A DNA stretch of 64,000 nucleotides from Eledone cirrhosa (lineage: Eukaryota): positions 9,300,001 to 9,364,000 of the forward strand of contig OZ024743.1 of assembly GCA_964016885.1 (NCBI GenBank), written 5' to 3'. Numbering within the stretch: the first letter of the stretch is position 1; every line of letters starts with the position of its first letter. Of the stretch, positions 1 to 12,894 are shown in pieces. The notes under the pieces were generated by a model. It saw nothing but the letters and a program-made list of their open reading frames with translations, was not told where the DNA came from and did no database searches. A program made the position numbers and the translations under genes.

Positions 1-28
1 TGTGTGTATGTGTGTGTGTGTATGTGTA

Positions 29-65
<37 letters not shown>

Positions 66-84
66 ATATATATATATTATTTTT

Positions 85-1020
85 ATATTCTCTTAATTTC
101 CCCTCATCTTTAACAGCACTTTTCAACTGCATCTAACTCTTATTTATCATATCTATATGTATTAGTATAATTTTATCAATATAAAAATTTATATTCTTTT
201 CATAGATGTATTTTTTTCACTAACACTCTTATCGTAAAACTTTAGTCTACTTAGATATTTACATTGGCATTACTATTTATAACAGCAACTGCTTGTATAC
301 CTTTTACTGACCACCTGACCTATTTTCACCCCTAAAATAATCTTCAATTACTACTATTTTACCATTTGGCCAATTATTAACTTTCTATTGGTTAATTCTA
401 AATCTCTTACCAAACAGACAGAATATATTAGATCTTTGTTGGTTTTATTCAATGAACAAATATAATTATTTCTGAGGTCAGCATATGACCTATTTTCTTC
501 CCTAAAATAATCCTTCATTCATAATATTCTTTTCCATCCAAAACTGAAATCTACCTTCCTCTACCCATAATTTAAGGTTCTTCTACTACTATATTACTAT
601 CTTGACCCTCACTATCTCTCTATTGGTCAATTCAAAACCTGTTCCCAAACAGACCTATTGTATTGAATCTTTGTTTTTTTCAATAAACAAATATCATTAT
701 TTCTGAAGACAGCATATATATGTGTAGGTATGTATATTTCCTCTGATAGTTTGTATAAATATTGTACATAGATCTATAGAATATGCATACCAACTCTAAC
801 ACATATATATCCTAGAAACGATCGTAAAATGATGAATTTTTTTTAATATAAGGAACTGTTTCTTTGTTTATTCATTATTTTATTAATTTATCTTGACTCT
901 GTTTTCCGTTTATTTTTCACCGAAAATAGTTTTTGAATGCATCTTCTCTTTTCATGATATCCGGATTACATTGAGTTCTTCATACGGATTGGACACTACC
1001 GTAAACTTTTGGTAGATTTA
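85..1020 (+). mobile_element. Penelope-like element 3' (pLTR-like) remnant with partial tandem duplication, flanked by (TA)n
   Basis: 317-487 and 487-720 are diverged tandem copies (gacctatttt..cctaaaataatc..caaacagac..atttctga). The second copy runs into an HHR motif. Same family recurs at 31.86-32.24 kb. Confidence 0.6.
694..835 (+). ncRNA. Type I hammerhead ribozyme motif with long stem II
   Basis: tcattattt-CTGAAGA(703-709)-~105 nt stem II (atatatatgtgt..ggtatgtatatt / aatatgcatacc..acacatatatat)-GAAAC(815-819)-gatc-GTA-aaatgatga. Stem I is 9 bp with one G-U. Confidence 0.8.
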
Positions 1021-1023
1021 TCT

Positions 1024-1055
<32 letters not shown>

Positions 1056-1083
1056 TAGATCTATCTTTGCAAATATAAGCTCG

Positions 1084-1172
1084 TTTATCTGATGAGATGT
1101 CGAAAAAGAGTCGGGCTTCGTCATCTTGATTGTATCCTGAACTGATCGATATCGAAACAATTGTAATATGAA
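1084..1172 (+). ncRNA. Type I hammerhead ribozyme motif with extended stem II
   Basis: tat-CTGATGA(1089-1095)-gatgtcga...tcgatatc-GAAAC(1154-1158)-aatt-GTA-ata. 8 bp stem II base, palindromic stem III loop, short stem I. Lies between (TA)n tracts. Confidence 0.75.
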
Positions 1173-1233
1173 AATAGAGTTTGTACAAATGCTGTAATAC
1201 TGATTTCGACTCTTTAAAATCCGCCAACTCCCT

Positions 1234-1304
<71 letters not shown>

Positions 1305-1619
1305 TTATACTGGTTAACGAAACTGATCAGATCGAATCCTTACAGCTCCGGCTGCTATGTACTCACTCACTGATTTTATAAGAACCATATTTTAGAAATA
1401 CCAACTTATGATTGAGAGTGCACACAAAAACTTCTATCACAGGAATGTATCCTACTTTTGTACCTGTTTGTTAGAGTTGTGTTTATTTGAGCAAAATATC
1501 AACTCGTCTACTTGTAATGTAACTTTCATAATTCAAGTTTATTACAGCTTTGAATAGACCAGTTTTTGAATCAGTGTATACCTATTCTTGGTAGGTATTG
1601 CAATATACTAATTTTATAT

Positions 1620-3480
1620 TATGTCAATCCTCAATCCGAAGATGAAAATATATCAGCACTATCCACAGAGATATTCGAAATTGCTTTTATTCTTTAATAA
1701 TGAAGCAATACCTCTATATTTGTTGTATGAAAAGAAATTTGAAAATGAGGCAATACCACCTTGCGGGAATGGATTCCGATGAAAATACAAAATCCCTCTT
1801 TAAGAAAACGTACAGCCATAATGTCATTTCTAATGTCGACATCTTATGCTTGTATTCAATGAGGAATGTCGGCCTCTTACAATAAATTCTTTAACACAAA
1901 AAGAAAAGAAATTCCACATACGAAATGAGAGAAATTTACAGAAACCGCTATGAAGAACACTGATCCTATTCTTAAGGTTTATCATCTAACGAACAATACA
2001 GTAAAACGCCATATTGATAGAGATGGCAAAAGATATCGAAAAGTCGGTGATCTCTTTCTGAACCTCAGCAGTACAAGTTTTCTATTAAGCTGGACGGGTC
2101 AACATTTGAAATTTTTAATATTTTCTCGATTCATGTGAGGTAAAATACGAAGGCTCACTCAAAGGATGAAACGATTTTCTTAGGTTTAGATAAGTATTCG
2201 AGAAAATATAGATTACACTTAATAATATGAAAGTCGCTTTTGATGGTGCTCCGATCAACAATTTGTAAGAATCGAAATCAAAATTGAAGTATTCCAAACC
2301 ATGTCTGAAATTTATTGCTGCTAAACGCACAATTGATAGAGTAAAAATATTACATCTTTGAGAAATGACACAAAATTAAAAAATAAAGAACTCTTTCAAA
2401 TTGTTTGATCCCATCCACTGCTTACCTTCTCATTTCTCTAAAATCTGTTTGAAGGGCATGATACCAAGTAAAGCAAATTGGAGATAAATGGGGTATTTCA
2501 GAACGATTAGTATTTTGATGTAAGCAGAAATAATGATGAAGAGGAAAGGGAAAAAAGTTCCTTATGTATGCTGTGCATGTTGTGCTTTACACAAACCGTA
2601 AATTTGTGTCTAATCAACTCAGCAGAGAACTCATAATGCTTTGAAAATATGGATCAAGTCTATAAGTAATATAAACGTAAAACCACTAAGTTATTGACTT
2701 TAGTGCATTATGAACAGATATCAACGAACAAGTTTCATACAGCTTCTTTTCTATACTAAAGTAAAAAACATTGACTACGAAGGGTCATTTAAATGTTTTC
2801 TTTCACTACTGGATGTCCGTAATGATATGGATTTATCACAAGTTAATAATCCGTGGCTGTGTAAAAATCAAAATTATTTATATTGTAAATTTAATAAACT
2901 ACAAAAACAATTAAAAAGGGCAAGATTTTAGTGTAATTCAGATTCGAAATTTTATTGTAGGATTATACACTTGGTAAAAGTAAAATAGAGAAGAGTGAGG
3001 AAGAAAATATAACATATATATATAAAGAAAATACATCTTTTCAAAATCTAGTAGTGATTTGTAAGATGGAAATTAAAACTTGGGAATTTGAGAAACAAGT
3101 TCTGTAGCTAGAAACGGAATTGAGTCCAAAGTGTTTCAACCCCAACAATAAATATTGATTAAAATTTCTTTTTAAATATTTATTTACTATATATAGCGAT
3201 ATACTGAAAGGAAACATTTCACCTCAATTCTGTAAAATATTTCCCATTTGTCTGGTATTTCCCAACATTTCTCTTAAATATCTGTACCCCACTTCTGTCA
3301 CTTATGTACTAAAGCGAGACATGAACGTAATGCATTTTCACTTTTTATATCTTGTACACTTGGGACATTGTATCTACCGTTTTATATACTTATTATTCGA
3401 TAAAAGATGGCAATTTAATTCACTGGTGAGTGCTTCGAAAACCATTTATCATTGTAACGATGAACTTTGTCCAGCTGTTC
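1620..3480 (+). mobile_element. Decayed hAT (Buster/Charlie, ZBED5/SCAND3-like) transposase
   Basis: Frameshifted motifs in the expected order: ENEAIP (~1740), HLTNNTVKRHID (~1980; cf. PLSNNTVxRRI), SIKLDGS (cf. SxQLDES), AFDGAP (~2236; cf. TDGAP), LLFYTKV (~2742; cf. LLxHTEVRW), KFNKLQKQL. Confidence 0.7.
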
Positions 3481-3609
3481 ACTCCTGAGAATTAGGTAAT
3501 CATACAGCAAAGAAAACACACGCATATACGCATCCCCACCTTAATACTTATGACAATTCGGAGACGACTATTATTGTTGTATGTATATATATATACATAC
3601 AAACATATA

Positions 3610-3682
3610 TACTTCATTCGAAGGAAATCATCAGGAAAGTACCTGACTTTCTGTGGTTACCCCTGATTGAACCCGGGACACG
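3610..3682 (-). mobile_element. Short PLE-like fragment with inverted head and partial HHR core
   Basis: Minus strand reads tcccgggttcaatcaggggtaacc..ggtac then tttcCTGATGAtttccttcgaatGAA. Same family as 47883 and 61165-61365. Confidence 0.45.
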
Positions 3683-3721
3683 CACGCGCGCACACACACA
3701 CAGAGACACACACACACACAG

Positions 3722-3767
<46 letters not shown>

Positions 3768-3769
<2 letters not shown>

Positions 3770-3908
3770 GAAAAGAGTCAGGACCCCGACGGCTGAGCTT
3801 CGGCCGTTTCGACAGCTAGGTCCTGACTCTTTTCATATTACCTACTACCTTAAATATCGAGTACTGTGGTGCGTTATGGTCCACCTGGTATCTTACCACA
3901 CTTTTTTG

Positions 3909-3910
<2 letters not shown>
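3768..3910 (+). mobile_element. PLE-like 3' fragment with inverted 5' duplication (family also at 23890, 35510, 53290)
   Basis: Hairpin atgaaaagagtcaggacc / ggtcctgactcttttcat, then the shared tail gagtact.tggtgcgttatggtcca..ttaccaca. Flanked by (TA)n. Confidence 0.55.
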
Positions 3911-3949
<39 letters not shown>

Positions 3950-4199
3950 AGTGTGTGTGTGTGTGCGTGTGCGTGTGCGTGTGTGTGCGCGCGTGCCTGT
4001 GTATGCATGTGTGTTTGTATGTGTATGTGTTGGTGTGTGTAAACGAGATAAAAAGCGTACTCAATAGCTGTCATAGAGATTGTTTAGTAGTATCTACTGT
4101 GTTAAATATTATTTCTAGTAGAGCCTATTAGATCTCTCTTCTTGCATATGGCAGTATCAAACTATATTTGTATAACAACAAACAATATTTGTAATATAT

Positions 4200-5200
4200 A
4201 GATTTACAATTTAAGATCAGCGGTGTTGTAGTACGTCAATAGAAAAAACTTATTTTCTGGTATAATCACATTGAGGAAATTATGCACAAATCCAGTAGAT
4301 ACTGAAACTTCATTGTTCACAATGAGAAACTCCAGATTAAGAGAGTCAAGATGAGAAACTGAATTGAGAAACTCAAGACGAAGATGAAGTTTGTATATGG
4401 CTGACATCACTACCATTGGCATATTAGCTGCTGATCATCAGAAATAAAATGTTTTTGTATCCGATAGGCGATAGACTTAGTGCGAATACTATCTTGGGTG
4501 ATTGGACATTGAATTACGTCATTCAATAGTAAAGAGACAACGACTAGAAAGTTTGGTGAGCATCAGGGATGTACTGCTGTACTGATTATAGGGAAGCATG
4601 GGTCACCGTTTTCGCGTTTGGTACACATGTAGTAATGAGATAGTCAGTAGATCAGTAGAGAAAGGGTGGGTTTTGTTGCATGTGTGTACTGTGGAATTGG
4701 AATCAGAACAAGCAATAGTTCCATCTGTTACTTATAAAGCCATTTTGGTTGCGGAAATGTGGGTATATGGATTGAATTTCGTAAATGGAAAATATTTCAG
4801 GTTTTGTCAGGTTGCGTAAGGTTGTTTTGCTTTTTGATGCTTATATTGATGTGAGTAATGGTACGTGGTATCTTCAATGTGTTATAGACATTGTACTTTG
4901 CTTGCAGATCTGTAGCCCAACATTTGAACCATTGCAGGTTGTGTGGATGTCATGGGTTAAATATACCTGTTTCGGATAGATCAAAGTTAAAGTATATATT
5001 CTGTTAAAGGTAACTAACGTCAAAGAAGCATAGCGTTGTCCACTTGTCTGATACATAGAGTCAGGGGATTTGGGAGGCAGAAGTTGTAAGATGACGTGTA
5101 GTGACGTATTTCAATTAGGAAAAAGTCAGAAGTTCCTAAGGAATCTGTCATAAATTGGTATACATTGGGTTTTGAGAGTTTGTGAGTCGGTGTGTTAGTA
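4200..5200 (-). mobile_element. Highly decayed Penelope-like GIY-YIG remnant
   Basis: Minus-strand TTCNGSNVG..., then KTTLRNLT..E..KFNP, resembling a GIY-YIG C-terminus. An orphan CTGATGA lies downstream (~4435-4441). Confidence 0.35.
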
Positions 5201-5250
5201 ATACATCTATATATAAATTTGAGCGACTTCCGATCGTCCTTCCGCCACAC

Positions 5251-5442
5251 GATGATTAAGGAAGGAAGGGTGATGACGTCACACACTAAAGATGATTGAG
5301 GAAGGAAGGGGTGATGACGTCAGACACTAGAGATGATTGAGGAAGGAAGGGCTGATGACATAAACACGTTAGAGATGATTGAAGAAGAAAGGAGAGATGA
5401 CGTAACACGCTAAAGATGACTGAGGTAGGAATGGGTGATGAC
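5251..5442. repeat. Minisatellite, ~41 bp unit x ~5
   Basis: Unit gatgattgaggaaggaaggggtgatgacgtcacacacta(a/g)a starting at ~5251, 5291, 5332, 5374, 5415. Confidence 0.85.
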
Positions 5443-5989
5443 AAACTACAGAAAACAGCGTCGACCATTCACTGCGTCTAACATGTATGTCGGAGAGTGT
5501 GTATTTTGGTAATTGTGTCTGTGTTTACGTGCTTATAATAATATACTCATAGACGCCTCAGCGTGTTGAAAACAATTCTAGTTTCTGAAATGTGGATAGT
5601 GCTTAGTGCAAGCTCAATTGAAATTGTACTAAATTAAAACATTGTTTTACGTTAATAAATGCGGTCGTTCCCAAATTAGCACCATTTGGCATTGTTGCAG
5701 ATAGTTGGTAAATGCCTGTGCTATGATAAGTGAGCATTCAAAGTTGTAGGTTTTTGCTTTATTCAGACAACAGTGGATAGTTCAACTAACTGTAAACTGA
5801 AACTGATCCATAGACAGCTGCTGCTTTCTTTTCTGAAGAAATAAATCTTGCTCAAACAATGAGGTTTTCAATGGGATTTCTCCACCAAAACTAATGTTCT
5901 TCCAGCAACTTACATCGCTTACTGTTTACATGAAATATGATATGAGGTGCCTTTGATGTCAGAAAACACGTGTATTTGTAATATTATTA

Positions 5990-6125
5990 AGTATATATAT
6001 ATACATATATATATATACAGAAATATATATATATATATATATACATACACACACACACATATATATATGTGCGTGTGTGTGTAGTCTATGTACGTATATA
6101 TATTACGTAAGTAATGCTGACGTAT

Positions 6126-6177
<52 letters not shown>

Positions 6178-6235
6178 CCACATACACAGACACACACACA
6201 CACACATATATATATGTAAGTAATGCTGACGTATT

Positions 6236-6273
<38 letters not shown>

Positions 6274-6462
6274 CACACAGACACACACACACACACACAC
6301 ACAGACACAGACACAGACACAGAGACACATACAGACACACGCACACACACACACACACAGACACGCCCCCCCCACACACAAATATATATATATATATATA
6401 TGTGTGTGTATAAGTCTATGTACGTATATATATATATGTAAGTAGTGCTGACGTATTTATGC
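5990..6462. repeat. Compound (TA)/(CA)/(GT) microsatellite with three copies of gtaagtaatgctgacgtattt
   Basis: Motif at ~6107, ~6216 and ~6438, separated by microsatellite. Confidence 0.8.
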
Positions 6463-7154
6463 ATGTTGATAACGAATGTGTTGACTGTCTGTCGCCAGTT
6501 AGATTCAGTGGCATAATATCTGAAAATACCATTTTATTGATTGTTAGATCGACTTGTTCTCTATTTCTACCATTCACAGTTTCTACTTATTTGCCATGCT
6601 GGCAGATACCCATTGACCTAGAAGGCCACTACGTAAAGCATAGTTTTGATATTTTTCTTCTTATCTTTACGCTTGTTTTCAAGCTACTTTCATCAAATGG
6701 TCGACAAGATTATATATACACACATATACGCATGCGCTTACACACGCGCATATATAAATACACTCACACAAACACAGAGAGATAAACGAATAATGGAGAT
6801 AGTAATTGCGATTAACTTTTAAAAGAAGGAAATCACTTTTAAGGACCGCATGAATCTGCTGTAAAAAAAAAAAAAAAAAAATGGCATATTGCTGACATTA
6901 ACCTTCTTAGTCTACAAATATATCTTAAAAGTTTTAGCAATAAATCATTTATTAAATATGCAGCCAATACTGTGAAGTAACCAAGTTTCTATTGTTAAAT
7001 AAAAATACCATTCCCTTATATATTGAAATGTGGTTTCGGGTTCAGACCCGCTGCCTGACACTTGGGGAAAATGTCTTCACGAGAATTGACTAATACCTTC
7101 CGAGAAAACGTCGCAGAAGCCCCTTACATACATGTATACAATTACACAAACACA

Positions 7155-7260
<106 letters not shown>

Positions 7261-7282
7261 GAGAAATATATATAGAGAGAGA

Positions 7283-7445
7283 AATTGTCAGCATCGTTAG
7301 AAAGTCAGATAGAATGCTTTGCCGTATTCTTTCCGGTTCTATGCTCTGTTAGTTCAAAAACGACCGAAGTCAACTTTGTGTTTCATCCCTTCAAGGTCGA
7401 TATTAAAAGTACGAGACGCCTACTGGGGTCGATTCTTCCACTATC
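7283..7445 (+). mobile_element. Old diverged copy of the dominant SINE
   Basis: agttcaaa..ccgaagtcaactttg..ttcatccc..ggtcgat..aaagtac..ctggggtcgat. Confidence 0.6.
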
Positions 7446-7511
7446 GATTTCTGTATCATTCTTTGGAAGAATTCTTTATCATTACTTTGTCTCTCACTCT
7501 GTATATATATA

Positions 7512-7680
7512 TATAAGGATAAATATATATCAAATATATAAGAACCCTAGAGCAAATATTTATTAAAATAACAGATTAAAGTTTAGGCAAAGAATCACTG
7601 CTTTCACTCTTAACGGGATCTTCTGAAGATCCCGTTAAGAGTGAAAGCAGCGATTCTTTGCTTAAACTTTAATCTATTCT
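7512..7680. mobile_element. PLE-like fragment with ~50 bp-arm fold-back centred on an HHR-like CTGAAGA
   Basis: agattaaagtttaggcaaagaatcactgctttcactcttaacgggatcttc-t-gaagatcccgttaagagtgaaagcagcgattctttgcttaaactttaatct (7573-7675). Flanked by TA/CA repeats. Confidence 0.5.
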
Positions 7681-7700
7681 AATATATACACACACACACA

Positions 7701-7743
<43 letters not shown>

Positions 7744-7851
7744 GTGTATGTGTGTGTGTTTGTGTATGCATGTGAATGGGTGTACATATATGCGTGTATG
7801 TGCCTTTGTTTACGTTTGTGCCTGAGCTTCTGTTTGTATCTCATTATTCCC

Positions 7852-8205
7852 CGGCCCTTTATGATCTGAGTTCAAATCCCGCCGAGGTTAACTTTGCCTT
7901 TCATCCTTACGAGGTCGATAAAATAAAGTACCAGTAATGCACTGGGTAATTGCTGGCCTTGTGCCAAATGTAGAAACAATTATTAAGCGGTTTAAAGGGC
8001 GATGAATTGGCAGAATCGGTAGAGAGTCGGACACCATGCTTCACGGCATAGAATTACGGCCTTTTACATTCTTAGTTCAACTCCCACCTTTTATCCTTAC
8101 TGGTCGATAAAATAGAGTACCAGTCATATGCTGGGGCCGATGTAATCGACTTTCTCCCCCCCTTCCAATTGCTGGCCATGTGTTTATAGTAGGAATCATT
8201 ATTAA
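7852..8205 (+). mobile_element. Two tandem copies of tRNA-derived SINE (dominant family)
   Basis: B-box-like gagttcaaatcc, central gcctttcatcct..gtcgataaaataaagtaccagt, tail ttgctggccttgtgcc..agaaacaattatt. Confidence 0.85.
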
Positions 8206-8776
8206 GCGGTTTAACAAAATGAGCACGATAGAATAAATAGCAGATTTGAAAAAAATAAATACCAGGCACGATCTCTGAAAAGTGGTGCTCCAGCATGGCA
8301 AAAGTCTCATGTTTGAAACCAATAAAAAAAAATAAAATAAAGAAGCATATGAGATATCGAAGATATTTAAAGTTGGAAAGTATACTTAAGTATATCAGTC
8401 TTTATCTCTTTACTAGTGAATGGCATAATTGAATGTCCATTCACCCAAAATAGTATTCGCTTTAAGTCCCGTGTCTTGACCCGATGGATAGAACAACTTT
8501 TATCAGATGTTTTCTTCATATCAGATGATCAGCACCTATTATCACAATGAGCACTGAAGAGAGATCTCCCCATTGCAATAGTAAACATATTCAGAATGTC
8601 CTCATTAAATAACTACGGCTTGAAAATAAATTACATATATAAGGAAACTCACTGTCACTGGTCCCATAACTCCTATGGTGGAGTTAGAGGAGTCGTTGGA
8701 AGAAACGGCGTGTCTTGGGTGGCATTTAAAACCTGGTTGCTCCCATCCCTCCCCATGCATTTGGTTTCTATTCTTA

Positions 8777-8882
8777 GAGAGAGAGAGCGTGAGAGAGAGC
8801 GTATTAGAAGAAGAAGAAGAAGAAGAAGAAGAAGCAGCAGCAGCAGCAGCAGCAGCAGAAGAAGAAGAAGAAGAAGAAGAAG
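8777..8882. repeat. (GA)n/(GAA)n/(GCA)n microsatellite
   Basis: Direct reading; explains the poly-R/E/A ORFs. Confidence 0.95.
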
Positions 8883-10940
8883 CTGGCCTCTGCGGGATTT
8901 GAACTCAGAACACAGAGAAATGAATATCGCAAAGCATTACACCCAACGTCTACTTATCCTCCTAAGTTATCTATACATGTTGTCAATCAAGTAAATCAGC
9001 GTCTGTTACTCATAGTACTCTTTATATGTAGCGCTTAACTGATTTCTACCTATATAAGATGGGCATGAGTAGATATTCTTGATAAGTCAGCAATAACAAT
9101 CGAGACCAGTCGTTGTGTTCTCTTGTTTTCATATTAGAGAAAACATAATTATCAAACGTCCACATGTGAATTTCTTCACTCACATGTTTTGTTAAGAAAA
9201 GAATAATACATACACGCACTCACACACATGCACGCGTGTGTATGTGTGTGTATTTGCGTAAGTGCCCAAATAGCTGAATGCGGGTGTGAGACTGACCATG
9301 TGAAATAAAAGTGCAGGAAAGGCGGAGAAAAAGAACCAAAGTTAGAAGAAGAGAGTGTGTGATTGTAAGAAGGTAAATCGCCTCAAAATATGTTTTGGAT
9401 TTGAAAACGCAATATTGCGAAATGTTTATTAAAACTTCGAATTGTTTTAATTATGAAGTAAAAACCGAGGGGGATTCCAAGTTTGATTAGTATTATTCCA
9501 CTCTGCTTATTCTCACTTACCATTTTGATTTGCATCATAATTTTATTTGCTTAAATACATTCATTCTAATCCTTGTAAATTAGCTCATACAGCATTTTGA
9601 CATTTGAATAGGAGATTATTATTTCAGTCATGCTATTCCATTTTAGCAAGCTGTTGATATTTCTTCATTTGTGTAATCGGCTGATATAAATACTTCATGA
9701 AAGGCAATATTTCCACCGCAGTAGTTGTGAACAAGTAATATGTTTCACAGATAGACTGAAGTTTACATTTACGTGCTTATTTATCACGTTCACAGAAAAT
9801 TTCTATCCATTACAACACTTTTAGTATTAAAACATAAATGCCGCCATCATATATGTTGTATTATATTCCATTTTATATGATGCTTTCATAATGGATATTT
9901 GCATTTATCTAACACTGAATAGCTCCAAGTATCGTATCTGAAAATTCAAATACAATCTGCCAATTCCTTTCCTCTTCGACTTAGATAAAACGTAATTAAT
10001 ACCCCTGACAAAAATATGTAATAACAGGTTTTCTCTATAAATGTTATATTCTATATTCATACCAAATCTAAATTCTGAAATTATACAACGCATGGTTGTG
10101 TTTCGGAACTACAGCGACACATTAAATTAGTTAGTTGTTAGATAATCTAATTTCTGTGCTTTTATTACGAGAAACGATGATAAGTTGAAAATGCCTGTGA
10201 GAGATATTGTAGCTCTATTAATAGTAAAGTTGGCACCAACGTAATGACAACAAATAGGAACAGTGCTAATTTCAGCAGACAATTGTAAACACCGCGTCTA
10301 GCTGTGAAAAAAACATCTACCATATTCTATTTATTTCTAAGGAAATCTGTTTAAGTAGCTATATGAGGCATCACATTAACACTAGACATATTGGAGGGAA
10401 TCACTATAACTGATATGATGATTTCTTTCTTGAATATAAAAGTTTGTTTTGTCAGAGGTAACACCTGATTGTTTTCTAACGTCATTACATTACTGGTACA
10501 TTTTTTTCATAATGACTTAGAGAAGGAAGCTCAATGTTATTTGAACATTGTAACATATGTTAGGTATAATAATTTAGTCCCTCACACCACAATCTTAATA
10601 TCAGTATATTAATAATATTAGAAATCTTTTATATATAACTTATATTAATAGTAGGTGTCCTGTATAAACAGTATGCTACTTAAGCTTACTGCGTCTTCTA
10701 TTATATATAGTAAATATATTAAGGTTATGTGGAGTTGGAAGTAATGTTTCGCAGTAGCAGTAGTTATTTTAGTTTGTAGATATGCTGGAGAGGTAATTGA
10801 CTCACCTATTTTCATTCATTTTATCAAAACATAACGTAAAAAAACGATACTTCTATGTTGTTATTTACTATTGGAACACTGGCATGTTTCATATATTCTA
10901 AAATCTATTTAGATAGTTATTTTCTAATAAGTAAGAAGGA

Positions 10941-11140
10941 AAAACTCTTTCATTTCCATATTTCCAATGCCTACGATTTTCAAATAATTTTGAAATTAAT
11001 AAAGATTTCGAGGGATTTAATAATATAACTATCTTTCTCATTATCAAATTGGTATTTGAAGCATAACCTAAGAAAGTTTTTTACAGAAAATTAAAATAGA
11101 ACTAGGGGCGATTTCATGCGGTATAGTATGAAAAGGGTTA
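10941..11140. mobile_element. piggyBac-like MITE (diverged)
   Basis: Right end atgaaaagggTTAA; left end aaaactctttcat is its degenerate reverse complement. ~200 bp, non-coding. Confidence 0.5.
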
Positions 11141-12837
11141 ATGAAATTAAATAGATTTTAGTAAACCGAATAAAGTAGGATGAAACAAAAAAAACACAGA
11201 GTTGGTGGAGACAAGTACCAGTAATATACAGACATTATTGCAATTAAAAATACTTGTTTCATTTAAAAAGAAATCAGTTAAGTGAACTAGACGAGGCAAC
11301 CTATTGGTGAGATCTATACTCACTCCAGGCCCTGGTGTAAGTCTATTTCATTTACATAATTAGTGCTCATGTGATCAACATGTGAAAAGTTGCAGTCAAA
11401 ATCACCCTCAAATTTTATGTCGTTACGTTTAAAATATGTGAAATATATGAGGTACGTTAGACAATGGAATTCGGCTTACACAAATAGATGGCCTGAAGTG
11501 AAATGTCTATAATCATAGGTTGATTAAATCAGAGCTAACTTTGACCTAAACAACAACGATCACAATGAGCGCCACATTAGGCATTGACCCATATCCTATG
11601 ATATCAGATATTTACTCTTCGTAAAAAATAAACCATATATTGCACAGAGCTGACACGATCCAATATATCAATACTGTATTAAGTTTAGAATACTGTCACA
11701 TATTTTATTTCCAAAGGAGTGAAACGTGTAGAAATTAGGATTGGAATTTACGTTCAAGCTTTTCTTCTCTTTTTTCCTATTTTTATCGACATGTTATTTT
11801 TAATTGCAAATAAGCTAGAATCGAAATTCATTAAAAGTTGAAATCGATACATGATTTTATAACATTATTGAAATTCAATTCTAGCTCAAATTTCATTTTT
11901 GTTATTTAAAAATAACATGTTTCAATCATCCCACATCACTCGAATCCGATTTAAGAAAATTTATTAGTTTTATCAAAATAAATTTGAAACTGATATTCAC
12001 GGCAGCTGGAATGAAAAGGTGGCGAGCAAGAGCTCTACGCACCTGGGGCAAAAAAAAAAAAAAAAAAAAAATTGGCGCCAGCCACTACCTTGCTAATATA
12101 ACTCACTTTCTCATTATTAAATTGGTGTTTGAAGTATAAACTACGTAAAGTTCTGATATAGAATTAACAGAACCAGGAGTGATTTCAGCGGGTATAGTAT
12201 GAAAAAGGGTTAATATAACTAAATGCATTTTAGCACTCTGAATAAAGTAGGATGAAACTAAAGATTCGATATATTACCTCCAGATCTCAGATACCATTAA
12301 GGTCAACTTTCACGGAGTTGGTGGACCGGTAATATACATACATCATTGCAATTAATGATAGTTGCTTCATTTCAAAAGAAATCAGTTAAGTGGACTAGAT
12401 GAGGTAACCTTTTGGCGGGGTCTATACCCAAACCAGGCCCTGATGCAAGTCTATTTCATTTACATAATTATTGCTGATGGAAAAGACAGGCTGTGGTCAG
12501 TCTTTAAAACATTGCTGCCAAAATCACCCTCAAATTTTATATCGTTACGTTTAAAATATGAAATATATGAGGTACGGTAAACAATGGGATCCGGATTATA
12601 CAAATAGATTAAATGACCAGAAGTAAAATATCTTTAATTATAGGTTGGTTCAATCAAGGCTGACTTTGGCCGGAACAACAACGATCACATTAGCGCCAAA
12701 ATCGGCACTGACCCATATCCTATAATATCAAATATTTATTCTTCGTAAAAAATAAACCATATATTGCACAGAACTGACATGATCCAATATACTCCATTAA
12801 GTTTAGAATATGGTCACATATTTTACTTTTAAAGGAG
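11021..12837. repeat. Local direct duplication: 11021-11719 and 12094-12837
   Basis: Colinear throughout, from taatataact..ctttctcattat to cacatattt..aaaggag, with many substitutions and a few indels. Confidence 0.9.
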
Positions 12838-12894
12838 AAAATGTTTCGCCACTTCATACTTGCATCGGGGGATGACACCCTACCCTTGCTACAC
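12018..12894. mobile_element. Degenerate GC-rich MITE ends enclosing the duplicated segment
   Basis: Left gtggcgagcaag..gcacctggggc-A22-ttggcgcc; right gcatcggggg..cccttgctacac. Imperfect TIRs. Confidence 0.4.

Noticed and set aside
9392-9435. Possible U3:A8 HHR (TTGAAAA cgcaatattgc GAAAT gttt ATT)
   Set aside because: Stem II register is off by one and stem I is not adjacent to the core; could be chance in AT-rich DNA.
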